Below are positions 13,060 to 28,000 of a stretch of 64,000 nucleotides of DNA, in pieces. The position numbers and the translations under genes were made by a program. Below the pieces are notes generated by a model. The model worked only from the letters and a program-made list of their open reading frames with translations. It made no database searches and was not told the origin of the DNA. The stretch is from Eledone cirrhosa (taxonomy: Eukaryota), in contig OZ024740.1 of assembly GCA_964016885.1 (NCBI GenBank), forward strand, positions 290,594,001 through 290,658,000, given 5' to 3'. How positions within the stretch are numbered: position 1 is the first letter of the stretch; every line of letters begins with the position of its first letter.

Positions 13060-16000
13060 TTTTTTATTTGGGTGCCCCGTTTCTTTATGGGGGGTTCCGT
13101 TTTTTATTTGGGTGCCCTATTTTTTATTTGGGCGCCCCGTTTTTTATTTGGGTGCCCCGTTTTTTATTTGGGTGCCCCGTTTTTTATCTGGGTACCCCGT
13201 TTTTTATTTGGGTGCCCCGTTTTTTATTTGGGTGCCCCGTTTTTTATTTGGGTGCCCCGTTTTTTATTTGGGTGCCCCGTTTTTTTATGGGGGGGGGGTC
13301 CGTTTTTTATTTGGGTGCCCCGTTTTTTATTTGGGTACCCCGTTTCTTTATGGGGGGTTCCGTTTTTTATTTGGGTGCCCTATTTTTTATTTGGGCGCCC
13401 CGTTTTTTTTATGGGGGGGTCCGTTTTTTATTTGGGTGCCCCGTTTTTTATTTGGGTGCCCCGTTTTTTATTTGGGTGCCCCGTTTTTTATTTGGGTGCC
13501 CCGTTTTTTATTTGGGTGCCCCGTTTCTTTATGGGGGGTTCCGTTTTTTATTTGGGTGCCCCGTTTTTTGATGGGGGGTCCGTTTTTTATTTGGGTGCCC
13601 CGTTTTTTATTTGGGTGCCCCGTTTTTTTATGGGGGGGTCCGTTTTTTATTTGGGTGCCCCGTTTTTTTATGGGGGGGTCCGTTTTTTATTTGGGTGCCC
13701 CGTTTTTTTATGGGGGGGTCCGTTTTTTATCTGGGTACCCCGTTTTTTATTTGGGTACCCCGTTTTTTATTTGGGTGCCCCGTTTTTTATTTGGGTGCCC
13801 CGTTTTTTATTTGGGTGCCCCGTTTTTTATGGGGGGGTCCGTTTTTTATTTGGGTGCCCCGTTTTTTTATGGGGGGGTCCGTTTTTTATTTGGGTGCCCC
13901 GTTTTTTTATGGGGGGGTCCGTTTTTTATCTGGGTACCCCGTTTTTTATTTGGGTACCCCGTTTTTTATTTGGGTGCCCCGTTTTTTATTTGGGTGCCCC
14001 GTTTTTTATTTGGGTGCCCCGTTTTTTTTATGGGGGGGTCCGTTTTTTATTTGGGTGCCCCGTTTTTTTATGGGGGGGGGGTCCGTTTTTTATTTGGGTG
14101 CCCCGTTTTTTATTTGGGTGCCCCGTTTCTTTATGGGGGGTTCCGTTTTTTATTTGGGTGCCCTATTTTTTATTTGGGCGCCCGTTTTTTATTTGGGTGC
14201 CCCGTTTTTTATCTGGGTACCCCGTTTTTTATTTGGGTGCCCCGTTTTTTATTTGGGTGCCTCGTTTTTTATTTGGGTACCCCGTTTTTTATTTGGGTGC
14301 CCCGTTTTTTATTTGGGTGCCCCGTTTTTTATTTGGGTGCCCCGTTTTTTATTTGGGTGCCCCGTTTTTTTATGGGGGGGTCCGTTTTTTATCTGGGTAC
14401 CCCGTTTTTTATTTGGGTACCCCGTTTTTTATTTGGGTGCCCCGTTTTTTTATGGGGGGGGTCCGTTTTTTATTTGGGTGCCCCGTTTTTTATTTGGGTG
14501 CCCCGTTTCTTTATGGGGGGTTCCGTTTTTTATTTGGGTGCCCTATTTTTTATTTGGGCGCCCCGTTTTTTTATGGGGGGGGTCCGTTTTTTATTTGGGT
14601 GCCCCGTTTTTATTTGGGTGCCCCGTTTTTTTTATGGGGGGGTCCGTTTTTTATTTGGGTGCCCCGTTTTTTATTTGGGTGCCCCGTTTTTTTATGGGGG
14701 GGGTCCGTTTTTTATTTGGGTGCCCCGTGTTTTATTTGGGTGCCCCGTTTCTTTATGGGGGTTCCGTTTTTTATTTGGGTGCCCTATTTTTTATTTGGGC
14801 GCCCCGTTTTTTATTTGGGTGCCCCGTTTTTTATTTGGGTGCCCCGTTTTTTATCTGGGTACCCCGTTTTTTATTTGGGTGCCCCGTTTTTTATTTGGGT
14901 GCCTCGTTTTTTATTTGGGTACCCCGTTTTTTATTTGGGTGCCCCGTTTTTTATTTGGGTGCCCCGTTTTTTATTGGGTGCCCCGTTTTTTATTTGGGTG
15001 CCCGTTTTTTTATGGGGGGGTCCGTTTTTTATCTGGGTACCCCGTTTTTTATTTGGGTACCCCGTTTTTTATTTGGGTGCCCCGTTTTTTTATGGGGGGG
15101 TCCGTTTTTTATTTGGATACCCCGTTTTTTATTTGGGTGCCCCGTTTTTTATTTGGGTGCCCCGTTTTTTATTTGGGTACCCCGTTATTTATTTGGGTGC
15201 CCCGTTTTTTTATGGGGGGGGTCCGTTTTTTTATGGGGGGGGGGTCCGTTTTTTATATGGGGGGGTCCGTTTTTTATTTGGGTGCCCCGTTTTTTATTTG
15301 GGTGCCTCGTTTTTTATTTGGGTACCCCGTTTTTTATTTGGGTGCCCCGTTTTTTATTTGGGTGCCCCGTTTTTTATTTGGGTGCCCCGTTTTTTATTTG
15401 GGTGCCCCGTTTTTTTATGGGGGGGTCCGTTTTTTATCTGGGTACCCCGTTTTTTATTTGGGTACCCCGTTTTTTATTTGGGTGCCCCGTTTTTTATTTG
15501 GGTGCCCCGTTTTTTATTTGGGTGCCCCGTTTTTTTATGGGGGGGTCCGTTTTTTATTTGGGTGCCCCGTTTTTTTATGGGGGGGTCCGTTTTTTATTTG
15601 GGTGCCCCGTTTTTTTATGGGGGGGTCCGTTTTTTATCTGGGTACCCCGTTTTTTATTTGGGTACCCCGTTTTTTATTTGGGTGCCCCGTTTTTTATTTG
15701 GGTGCCCCGTTTTTTATTTGGGTGCCCCGTTTTTTTTATGGGGGGGTCCGTTTTTTATTTGGGTGCCCCGTTTTTTATTTGGGTGCCCCGTTTTTTATTT
15801 GGGTGCCCCGTTTTTTTATGGGGGGGTCCGTTTTTTATCTGGGTACCCCGTTTTTTATTTGGGTACCCCGTTTTTTATTTGGGTGCCCCGTTTTTTATTT
15901 GGGTGCCCCGTTTTTTATTTGGGTGCCCCGTTTTTTTTATGGGGGGGTCCGTTTTTTATTTGGGTGCCCCGTTTTTTATTTGGGTGCCCCGTTTTTTATT

Positions 16001-19000
16001 TGGGTGCCCCGTTCTTTTATGGGGGGGGGTCCGTTTTTTATTTGGGTGCCCCGTTTTTTATTTGGGTGCCCCGTTTCTTTATGGGGGGTTCCGTTTTTTA
16101 TTTGGGTGCCCTATTTTTTATTTGGGCGCCCCGTTTTTTATTTGGGTGCTCCGTTTTTTATTTGGGTGCCCCGTTTTTTATCTGGGTACCCCGTTTTTTA
16201 TTTGGGTACCCCGTTTTTTATTTGGGTGCCCCGTTTTTTATTTGGGTGCCCCGTTTTTTATTTGGGTGCCCCGTTTTTTTATGGGGGGGTCCGTTTTTTA
16301 TCTGGGTACCCCGTTTTTTATTTGGGTACCCCGTTTTTTATTTGGGTGCCCCGTTTTTTATTTGGGTGCCCCGTTTTTTATTTGGGTGCCCCGTTTTTTT
16401 ATGGGGGGGTCCGTTTTTTATTTGGGTGCCCCGTTTTTTTATGGGGGGGTCCGTTTTTTATTTGGGTGCCCCGTTTTTTTATGGGGGGGTCCGTTTTTTA
16501 TCTGGGTACCCCGTTTTTTATTTGGGTACCCCGTTTTTTATTTGGGTGCCCCGTTTTTTATTTGGGTGCCCCGTTTTTTATTTGGGTGCCCCGTTTTTTT
16601 TATGGGGGGGTCCGTTTTTTATTTGGGTGCCCCGTTTTTTTATGGGGGGGGGTCCGTTTTTTATTTGGGTGCCCCGTTTTTTATTTGGGTGCCCCGTTTC
16701 TTTATGGGGGGTTCCGTTTTTTATTTGGGTGCCCTATTTTTTATTTGGGCGCCCCGTTTTTTATTTGGGTGCCCCGTTTTTTATTTGGGTGCCCCGTTTT
16801 TTATCTGGGTACCCCGTTTTTTATTTGGGTGCCCCGTTTTTTATTTGGGTGCCTCGTTTTTTATTTGGGTACCCCGTTTTTTATTTGGGTGCCCCGTTTT
16901 TTATTTGGGTGCCCCGTTTTTTATTTAGGTGCCCCGTTTTTTATTTGGGTGCCCCGTTTTTTTATGGGGGGGTCCGTTTTTTATCTGGGTACCCCGTTTT
17001 TTATTTGGGTACCCCGTTTTTTATTTGGGTGCCCCGTTTTTTTATGGGGGGGTCCGTTTTTTATTTGGATACCCCGTTTTTTATTTGGGTGCCCCGTTTT
17101 TTATTTGGGTGCCCCGTTTTTTATTTGGGTACCCCGTTATTTATTTGGGTGCCCCGTTTTTTTATGGGGGGGGTCCGTTTTTTATATGGGGGGGTCCGTT
17201 TTTTATTTGGGTGCCCCGTTTTTTATTTGGGTGCCCCGTTTTTTATTTGGGTGCCCCGTTTTTTATTTGGGTACCCCGTTTTTTATTTGGGTGCCCCGTT
17301 TTTTTTATGGGGGGGTCCGTTTTTTATTTGGGTGCCCCGTTTTTTTATGGGGGGGGGTCCGTTTTTTATTTCGGTGCCCCGTTTTTTATTTGGGTACCCC
17401 GTTTTTTATTTCGGTGCCCCGTTTTTTTTATGGGGGGGTCCGTTTTTTATTTGGGTGCCCCGTTTTTTTATGGGGGGGGTCCGTTTTTTTATTTGGATAC
17501 CCCGTTTTTTATTTGGGTGCCCCGTTTTTTATTTGGGTGCCCCGTTTTTTTATGGGGGGGGTCCGTTTTTTATCTGGGTACCCCGTTTTTTATTTGGGTA
17601 CCCCGTTTTTTATTTGGGTGCCCCGTTTTTTATTTGGGTGCCCCGTTTTTTATTTGGGTGCCCCGTTTTTTTTATGGGGGGGTCCGTTTTTTATTTGGGT
17701 GCCCCGTTTTTTATTTGGGTGCCCCGTTTTTTTATGGGGGGGTCCGTTTTTTATTTGGGTGCCCCGTTTTTTATTTGGGTGCCCCGTTTCTTTATGGGGG
17801 GTTCCGTTTTTTATTTGGGTGCCCTATTTTTTATTTGGGCGCCCCGTTTTTTTATGGGGGGGGTCCGTTTTTTATTTGGGTGCCCCGTTTTTTATTTGGG
17901 TGCCCCGTTTTTTTTATGGGGGGGTCCGTTTTTTATTTGGGTGCCCCGTTTTTTATTTGGGTGCCCCGTTTTTTTATGGGGGGGTCCGTTTTTTATTTGG
18001 GTGCCCCGTGTTTTATTTGGGTGCCCCGTTTCTTTATGGGGGGTTCCGTTTTTTATTTGGGTGCCCTATTTTTTATTTGGGCGCCCCGTTTTTTATTTGG
18101 GTGCCCCGTTTTTTATTTGGGTGCCCCGTTTTTTATCTGGGTACCCCGTTTTTTATTTGGGTGCCCCGTTTTTTATTTGGGTGCCTCGTTTTTTATTTGG
18201 GTACCCCGTTTTTTATTTGGGTGCCCCGTTTTTTATTTGGGTGCCCCGTTTTTTATTTGGGTGCCCCGTTTTTTATTTGGGTGCCCCGTTTTTTTATGGG
18301 GGGGTCCGTTTTTTATCTGGGTACCCCGTTTTTTATTTGGGTACCCCGTTTTTTATTTGGGTGCCCCGTTTTTTTATGGGGGGGTCCGTTTTTTATTTGG
18401 ATACCCCGTTTTTTATTTGGGTGCCCCGTTTTTTATTTGGGTGCCCCGTTTTTTATTTGGGTACCCCGTTATTTATTTGGGTGCCCCGTTTTTTTATGGG
18501 GGGGGTCCGTTTTTTATATGGGGGGGTCCGTTTTTTATTTGGGTGCCCCGTTTTTTATTTGGGTGCCTCGTTTTTTATTTGGGTACCCCGTTTTTTATTT
18601 GGGTGCCCCGTTTTTTATTTGGGTGCCCCGTTTTTTATTTGGGTGCCCCGTTTTTTATTTGGGTGCCCCGTTTTTTTATGGGGGGGTCCGTTTTTTATCT
18701 GGGTACCCCGTTTTTTATTTGGGTACCCCGTTTTTTATTTGGGTGCCCCGTTTTTTATTTGGGTGCCCCGTTTTTTATTTGGGTGCCCCGTTTTTTATTT
18801 GGGTGCCCCGTTTTTTATTTGGGTGCCCCGTTTTTTTATGGGGGGGGTCCGTTTTTTATTTGGGTGCCCCGTTTTTTATTTGGGTGCCCCGTTTCTTTAT
18901 GGGGGGTTCCGTTTTTTATTTGGGTGCCCTATTTTTTATTTGGGCGCCCCGTTTTTTATTTGGGTGCCCCGTTTTTTATTTGGGTGCCCCGTTTTTTATC

Positions 19001-22000
19001 TGGGTACCCCGTTTTTTATTTGGGTGCCCCGTTTTTTATTTGGGTGCCTCGTTTTTTATTTGGGTACCCCGTTTTTTATTTGGGTGCCCCGTTTTTTATT
19101 TGGGTGCCCCGTTTTTTATTTGGGTGCCCCGTTTTTTATTTGGGTGCCCCGTTTTTTTATGGGGGGGTCCGTTTTTTATCTGGGTACCCCGTTTTTTATT
19201 TGGGTACCCCGTTTTTTATTTGGGTGCCCCGTTTTTTTATGGGGGGGTCCGTTTTTTATTTGGATACCCCGTTTTTTATTTGGGTGCCCCGTTTTTTATT
19301 TGGGTGCCCCGTTTTTTTATTTGGGTACCCCGTTATTTATTTGGGTGCCCCGTTTTTTTATGGGGGGGGGTCCGTTTTTTATATGGGGGGTCCGTTTTTT
19401 ATTTGGGTGCCCCGTTTTTTATTTGGGTGCCCCGTTTTTTATTTGGGTGCCCCGTTTTTTATTTGGGTACCCCGTTTTTTATTTGGGTACCCCGTTTTTT
19501 ATTTGGGTGCCCCGTTTTTTTTTATGGGGGGGTCCGTTTTTTATTTGGGTGCCCCGTTTTTTTTATGGGGGGGGGTCCGTTTTTTATTTCGGTGCCCCGT
19601 TTTTTATTTGGGTACCCCGTTTTTTATTTGGGTGCCCCGTTTTTTTTTATGGGGGGGTCCGTTTTTTATTTGGGTGCCCCGTTTTTTTATGGGGGGGGTC
19701 CGTTTTTTATTTGGGTGCCCCGTTTTTTATTTGGGTGCCCCGTTTTTTTATGGGGGGGTCCGTTTTTTATTTGGTGCCCCGTTTTTTATTTGGGTGCCCC
19801 GTTTTTTTATGGGGGGGGGTCCGTTTTTTATTTGGGTGCCCCGTTTTTTATTTGGGTGCCCCGTTTCTTTATGGGGGGTTCCGTTTTTTATTTGGGTGCC
19901 CTATTTTTTATTTGGGCGCCCCGTTTTTTTATGGGGGGGGTCCGTTTTTTATTTGGGTGCCCCGTTTTTTATTTGGGCGCCCCGTTTTTTATTTGGGTGC
20001 CCCGTTTTTTATTTGGGTGCCCCGTTTTTTATCTGGGTACCCCGTTTTTTATTTGGGTGCCCCGTTTTTTATTTGGGTGCCTCGTTTTTTATTTGGGTAC
20101 CCCGTTTTTTATTTGGGTGCCCCGTTTTTTATTTGGGTGCCCCGTTTTTTATTTGGGTGCCCCGTTTTTTATTTGGGTGCCCCGTTTTTTTATGGGGGGG
20201 TCCGTTTTTTATCTGGGTACCCCGTTTTTTATTTGGGTACCCCGTTTTTTATTTGGGTGCCCCGTTTTTTTATGGGGGGGTCCGTTTTTTATTTGGATAC
20301 CCCGTTTTTTATTTGGGTGCCCCGTTTTTTATTTGGGTGCCCCGTTTTTTATTTGGGTACCCCGTTATTTATTTGGGTGCCCCGTTTTTTTATGGGGGGG
20401 GTCCGTTTTTTATATGGGGGGGTCCGTTTTTTATTTGGGTGCCCCGTCTTTTATTTGGGTGACTCGTTTTTTATTTGGGTACCCCGTTTTTTATTTGGGT
20501 GCCCCGTTTTTTATTTGGGTGCCCCGTTTTTTATTTGGGTGCCCCGTTTTTTATTTGGGTGCCCCGTTTTTTTATGGGGGGGTCCGTTTTTTATCTGGGT
20601 ACCCCGTTTTTTATTTGGGTACCCCGTTTTTTATTTGGGTGCCCCGTTTTTTATTTGGGTGCCCCGTTTTTTATTTGGGTGCCCCGTTTTTTATTTGGGT
20701 GCCCCGTTTTTTTATGGGGGGGTCCGTTTTTTATTTGGGTGCCCCGTTTTTTATTTGGGTGCCCCGTTTTTTATTTGGGTGCCCCGTTTTTTATTTGGGT
20801 GCCCCGTTTTTTTATGGGGGGGGTCCGTTTTTTATTTGGGTGCCCCGTTTTTTATTTGGGTGCCCCGTTTCTTTATGGGGGGTTCCGTTTTTTATTTGGG
20901 TGCCCTATTTTTTATTTGGGCGCCCCGTTTTTTATTTGGGTGCCCCGTTTTTTATTTGGGTGCCCCGTTTTTTATCTGGGTACCCCGTTTTTTATTTGGG
21001 TGCCCCGTTTTTTATTTGGGTGCCTCGTTTTTTATTTGGGTACCCCGTTTTTTATTTGGGTGCCCCGTTTTTTATTTGGGTGCCCCGTTTTTTATTTGGG
21101 TGCCCCGTTTTTTATTTGGGTGCCCCGTTTTTTTATGGGGGGGTCCGTTTTTTATCTGGGTACCCCGTTTTTTATTTGGGTACCCCGTTTTTTATTTGGG
21201 TGCCCCGTTTTTTTATGGGGGGGTCCGTTTTTTATTTGGATACCCCGTTTTTTATTTGGGTGCCCCGTTTTTTATTTGGGTGCCCCGTTTTTTATTTGGG
21301 TACCCCGTTATTTATTTGGGTGCCCCGTTTTTTTATGGGGGGGGTCCGTTTTTTATATGGGGGGGTCCGTTTTTTATTTGGGTGCCCCGTTTTTTATTTG
21401 GGTGCCCCGTTTTTTATTTGGGTGCCCCGTTTTTTATTTGGGTACCCCGTTTTTTATTTGGGTACCCCGTTTTTTATTTGGGTGCCCCGTTTTTTTTTAT
21501 GGGGGGGTCCGTTTTTTATTTGGGTGCCCCGTTTTTTTATGGGGGGGGGTCCGTTTTTTATTTCGGTGCCCCGTTTTTTATTTGGGTACCCCGTTTTTTA
21601 TTTGGGTGCCCCGTTTTTTTTATGGGGGGGTCCGTTTTTTATTTGGGTGCCCCGTTTTTTTATGGGGGGGGTCCGTTTTTTATTTGGGTGCCCCGTTTTT
21701 TATTTGGGTGCCCCGTTTTTTTATGGGGGGGTCCGTTTTTTATTTGGTGCCCCGTTTTTTATTTGGGTGCCCCGTTTTTTTATGGGGGGGGGGTCCGTTT
21801 TTTATTTGGGTGCCCCGTTTTTTATTTGGGTGCCCCGTTTCTTTATGGGGGGTTCCGTTTTTTATTTGGGTGCCCTATTTTTTATTTGGGCGCCCCGTTT
21901 TTTTATGGGGGGGGGTCCGTTTTTTATTTGGGTGCCCCGTTTTTTATTTGGGTGCCCCGTTTTTTTTATGGGGGGGTCCGTTTTTTATTTGGGTGCCCCG

Positions 22001-25000
22001 TTTTTTATTTGGGTGCCCCGTTTTTTTATGGGGGGGGGTCCGTTTTTTATTTCGGTGCCCCGTTTTTTATTTGGGTACCCCGTTTTTTATTTGGGTGCCC
22101 CGTTTCTTTATGGGGGGTTCCGTTTTTTATTTGGGTGCCCTATTTTTTATTTGGGCGCCCCGTTTTTTATGTGGGTGCCCCGTTTTTTATTTGGGTGCCC
22201 CGTTTTTTATCTGGGTACCCCGTTTTTTATTTGGGTGCCCCGTTTTTTATTTGGGTGCCCCGTTTTTTATTTGGGTGCCCCGTTTTTTATTTGGGTGCCC
22301 CGTTTTTTTATGGGGGGGGGGTCCGTTTTTTATTTGGGTGCCCCGTTTTTTATTTGGGTACCCCGTTTCTTTATGGGGGGTTCCGTTTTTTATTTGGGTG
22401 CCCTATTTTTTATTTGGGCGCCCCGTTTTTTTTATGGGGGGGTCCGTTTTTTATTTGGGTGCCCCGTTTTTTTATGGGGGGGTCCGTTTTTTATTTGGGT
22501 GCCCCGTTTTTTATTTGGGTGCCCCGTTTTTTATTTGGGTGCCCCGTTTTTTATTTGGGTGCCCCGTTTTTTATTTGGGTGCCCCGTTTCTTTATGGGGG
22601 GTTCCGTTTTTTATTTGGGTGCCCCGTTTTTTGATGGGGGGTCCGTTTTTTATTTGGGTGCCCCGTTTTTTATTTGGGTGCCCCGTTTTTTTATGGGGGG
22701 GTCCGTTTTTTATTTGGGTGCCCCGTTTTTTTATGGGGGGGTCCGTTTTTTATTTGGGTGCCCCGTTTTTTTATGGGGGGGTCCGTTTTTTATCTGGGTA
22801 CCCCGTTTTTTATTTGGGTACCCCGTTTTTTATTTGGGTGCCCCGTTTTTTATTTGGGTGCCCCGTTTTTTATTTGGGTGCCCCGTTTTTTATGGGGGGG
22901 TCCGTTTTTTATTTGGGTGCCCCGTTTTTTTATGGGGGGGTCCGTTTTTTATTTGGGTGCCCCGTTTTTTTATGGGGGGGTCCGTTTTTTATCTGGGTAC
23001 CCCGTTTTTTATTTGGGTACCCCGTTTTTTATTTGGGTGCCCCGTTTTTTATTTGGGTGCCCCGTTTTTTATTTGGGTGCCCCGTTTTTTTTATGGGGGG
23101 GTCCGTTTTTTATTTGGGTGCCCCGTTTTTTTATGGGGGGGGGGTCCGTTTTTTATTTGGGTGCCCCGTTTTTTATTTGGGTGCCCCGTTTCTTTATGGG
23201 GGGTTCCGTTTTTTATTTGGGTGCCCTATTTTTTATTTGGGCGCCCCGGTTTTTATTTGGGTGCCCCGTTTTTTATCTGGGTACCCCGTTTTTTATTTGG
23301 GTGCCCCGTTTTTTATTTGGGTGCCTCGTTTTTTATTTGGGTACCCCGTTTTTTATTTGGGTGCCCCGTTTTTTATTTGGGTGCCCCGTTTTTTATTTGG
23401 GTGCCCCGTTTTTTATTTGGGTGCCCCGTTTTTTTATGGGGGGGTCCGTTTTTTATCTGGGTACCCCGTTTTTTATTTGGGTACCCCGTTTTTTATTTGG
23501 GTGCCCCGTTTTTTTATGGGGGGGGTCCGTTTTTTATTTGGGTGCCCCGTTTTTTATTTGGGTGCCCCGTTTCTTTATGGGGGGTTCCGTTTTTTATTTG
23601 GGTGCCCTATTTTTTATTTGGGCGCCCCGTTTTTTTATGGGGGGGGTCCGTTTTTTATTTGGGTGCCCCGTTTTTTATTTGGGTGCCCCGTTTTTTTTAT
23701 GGGGGGGTCCGTTTTTTATTTGGGTGCCCCGTTTTTTATTTGGGTGCCCCGTTTTTTTATGGGGGGGGTCCGTTTTTTATTTGGGTGCCCCGTGTTTTAT
23801 TTGGGTGCCCCGTTTCTTTATGGGGGGTTCCGTTTTTTATTTGGGTGCCCTATTTTTTATTTGGGCGCCCCGTTTTTTATTTGGGTGCCCCGTTTTTTAT
23901 TTGGGTGCCCCGTTTTTTATCTGGGTACCCCGTTTTTTATTTGGGTGCCCCGTTTTTTATTTGGGTGCCTCGTTTTTTATTTGGGTACCCCGTTTTTTAT
24001 TTGGGTGCCCCGTTTTTTATTTGGGTGCCCCGTTTTTTATTTGGGTGCCCCGTTTTTTATTTGGGTGCCCCGTTTTTTTATGGGGGGGTCCGTTTTTTAT
24101 CTGGGTACCCCGTTTTTTATTTGGGTACCCCGTTTTTTATTTGGGTGCCCCGTTTTTTTATGGGGGGGTCCGTTTTTTATTTGGATACCCCGTTTTTTAT
24201 TTGGGTGCCCCGTTTTTTATTTGGGTGCCCCGTTTTTTATTTGGGTACCCCGTTATTTATTTGGGTGCCCCGTTTTTTTATGGGGGGGGTCCGTTTTTTA
24301 TATGGGGGGGTCCGTTTTTTATTTGGGTGCCCCGTTTTTTATTTGGGTGCCTCGTTTTTTATTTGGGTACCCCGTTTTTTATTTGGGTGCCCCGTTTTTT
24401 ATTTGGGTGCCCCGTTTTTTATTTGGGTGCCCCGTTTTTTATTTGGGTGCCCCGTTTTTTTATGGGGGGGTCCGTTTTTTATCTGGGTACCCCGTTTTTT
24501 ATTTGGGTACCCCGTTTTTTATTTGGGTGCCCCGTTTTTTATTTGGGTGCCCCGTTTTTTATTTGGGTGCCCCGTTTTTTTATGGGGGGGTCCGTTTTTT
24601 ATTTGGGTGCCCCGTTTTTTTATGGGGGGGTCCGTTTTTTATTTGGGTGCCCCGTTTTTTTATGGGGGGGTCCGTTTTTTATCTGGGTACCCCGTTTTTT
24701 ATTTGGGTACCCCGTTTTTTATTTGGGTGCCCCGTTTTTTATTTGGGTGCCCCGTTTTTTATTTGGGTGCCCCGTTTTTTTTATGGGGGGGTCCGTTTTT
24801 TATTTGGGTGCCCCGTTTTTTATTTGGGTGCCCCGTTTTTTATTTGGGTGCCCCGTTTTTTTATGGGGGGGTCCGTTTTTTATCTGGGTACCCCGTTTTT
24901 TATTTGGGTACCCCGTTTTTTATTTGGGTGCCCCGTTTTTTATTTGGGTGCCCCGTTTTTTATTTGGGTGCCCCGTTTTTTTTATGGGGGGGTCCGTTTT

Positions 25001-28000
25001 TTATTTGGGTGCCCCGTTTTTTATTTGGGTGCCCCGTTTTTTATTTGGGTGCCCCGTTCTTTTATGGGGGGGTCCGTTTTTTATTTGGGTGCCCCGTTTT
25101 TTATTTGGGTGCCCCGTTTCTTTATGGGGGGTTCCGTTTTTTATTTGGGTGCCCTATTTTTTATTTGGGCGCCCCGTTTTTTATTTGGGTGCTCCGTTTT
25201 TTATTTGGGTGCCCCGTTTTTTATCTGGGTACCCCGTTTTTTATTTGGGTACCCCGTTTTTTATTTGGGTGCCCCGTTTTTTATTTGGGTGCCCCGTTTT
25301 TTATTTGGGTGCCCCGTTTTTTTATGGGGGGGTCCGTTTTTTATCTGGGTACCCCGTTTTTTATTTGGGTACCCCGTTTTTTATTTGGGTGCCCCGTTTT
25401 TTATTTGGGTGCCCCGTTTTTTATTTGGGTGCCCCGTTTTTTTATGGGGGGGTCCGTTTTTTATTTGGGTGCCCCGTTTTTTTATGGGGGGGTCCGTTTT
25501 TTATTTGGGTGCCCCGTTTTTTTATGGGGGGGGTCCGTTTTTTATCTGGGTACCCCGTTTTTTATTTGGGTACCCCGTTTTTTATTTGGGTGCCCCGTTT
25601 TTTATTTGGGTGCCCCGTTTTTTATTTGGGTGCCCCGTTTTTTTTATGGGGGGGTCCGTTTTTTATTTGGGTGCCCCGTTTTTTTATGGGGGGGGGTCCG
25701 TTTTTTATTTGGGTGCCCCGTTTTTTATTTGGGTGCCCCGTTTCTTTATGGGGGGTTCCGTTTTTTATTTGGGTGCCCTATTTTTTATTTGGGCGCCCCG
25801 TTTTTTATTTGGGTGCCCCGTTTTTTATTTGGGTGCCCCGTTTTTTATCTGGGTACCCCGTTTTTTATTTGGGTGCCCCGTTTTTTATTTGGGTGCCTCG
25901 TTTTTTATTTGGGTACCCCGTTTTTTATTTGGGTGCCCCGTTTTTTATTTGGGTGCCCCGTTTTTTATTTAGGTGCCCCGTTTTTTATTTGGGTGCCCCG
26001 TTTTTTTATGGGGGGGTCCGTTTTTTATCTGGGTACCCCGTTTTTTATTTGGGTACCCCGTTTTTTATTTGGGTGCCCCGTTTTTTTATGGGGGGGTCCG
26101 TTTTTTATTTGGATACCCCGTTTTTTATTTGGGTGCCCCGTTTTTTATTTGGGTGCCCCGTTTTTTATTTGGGTACCCCGTTATTTATTTGGGTGCCCCG
26201 TTTTTTTATGGGGGGGGTCCGTTTTTTATATGGGGGGGTCCGTTTTTTATTTGGGTGCCCCGATTTTTATTTGGGTGCCCCGTTTTTTATTTGGGTGCCC
26301 CGTTTTTTATTTGGGTACCCCGTTTTTTATTTGGGTGCCCCGTTTTTTTTATGGGGGGGTCCGTTTTTTATTTGGGTGCCCCGTTTTTTTATGGGGGGGG
26401 TCCGTTTTTTATTTCGGTGCCCCGTTTTTTATTTGGGTACCCCGTTTTTTATTTCGGTGCCCCGTTTTTTTTATGGGGGGGTCCGTTTTTTATTTGGGTG
26501 CCCCGTTTTTTTATGGGGGGGGTCCGTTTTTTTATTTGGATACCCCGTTTTTTATTCGGGTGCCCCGTTTTTTATTTGGGTGCCCCGTTTTTTTATGGGG
26601 GGGGTCCGTTTTTTATCTGGGTACCCCGTTTTTTATTTGGGTACCCCGTTTTTTATTTGGGTGCCCCGTTTTTTATTTGGGTGCCCCGTTTTTTATTTGG
26701 GTGCCCCGTTTTTTTTATGGGGGGGTCCGTTTTTTATTTGGGTGCCCCGTTTTTTATTTGGGTGCCCCGTTTTTTTATGGGGGGGTCCGTTTTTTATTTG
26801 GGTGCCCCGTTTTTTATTTGGGTGCCCCGTTTCTTTATGGGGGGTTCCGTTTTTTATTTGGGTGCCCTATTTTTTATTTGGGCGCCCCGTTTTTTTATGG
26901 GGGGGGTCCGTTTTTTATTTGGGTGCCCCGTTTTTTATTTGGGTGCCCCGTTTTTTTTATGGGGGGGTCCGTTTTTTATTTGGGTGCCCCGTTTTTTATT
27001 TGGGTGCCCCGTTTTTTTATGGGGGGGTCCGTTTTTTATTTGGGTGCCCCGTGTTTTATTTGGGTGCCCCGTTTCTTTATGGGGGGTTCCGTTTTTTATT
27101 TGGGTGCCCTATTTTTTATTTGGGCGCCCCGTTTTTTATTTGGGTGCCCCGTTTTTTATTTGGGTGCCCCGTTTTTTATCTGGGTACCCCGTTTTTTATT
27201 TGGGTGCCCCGTTTTTTATTTGGGTGCCTCGTTTTTTATTTGGGTACCCCGTTTTTTATTTGGGTGCCCCGTTTTTTATTTGGGTGCCCCGTTTTTTATT
27301 TGGGTGCCCCGTTTTTTATTTGGGTGCCCCGTTTTTTTATGGGGGGGTCCGTTTTTTATCTGGGTACCCCGTTTTTTATTTGGGTACCCCGTTTTTTATT
27401 TGGGTGCCCCGTTTTTTTATGGGGGGTCCGTTTTTTATTTGGATACCCCGTTTTTTATTTGGGTGCCCCGTTTTTTATTTGGGTGCCCCGTTTTTTATTT
27501 GGGTACCCCGTTATTTATTTGGGTGCCCCGTTTTTTTATGGGGGGGGTCCGTTTTTTATATGGGGGGGTCCGTTTTTTATTTGGGTGCCCCGTTTTTTAT
27601 TTGGGTGCCTCGTTTTTTATTTGGGTACCCCGTTTTTTATTTGGGTGCCCCGTTTTTTATTTGGGTGCCCCGTTTTTTATTTGGGTGCCCCGTTTTTTAT
27701 TTGGGTGCCCCGTTTTTTTATGGGGGGGTCCGTTTTTTATCTGGGTACCCCGTTTTTTATTTGGGTACCCCGTTTTTTATTTGGGTGCCCCGTTTTTTAT
27801 TTGGGTGCCCCGTTTTTTATTTGGGTGCCCCGTTTTTTATTTGGGTGCCCCGTTTTTTTATGGGGGGGTCCGTTTTTTATTTGGGTGCCCCGTTTTTTAT
27901 TTGGGTGCCCCGTTTTTTATTTGGGTGCCCCGTTTTTTATTTGGGTGCCCCGTTTTTTTATGGGGGGGGGTCCGTTTTTTATTTGGGTGCCCCGTTTTTT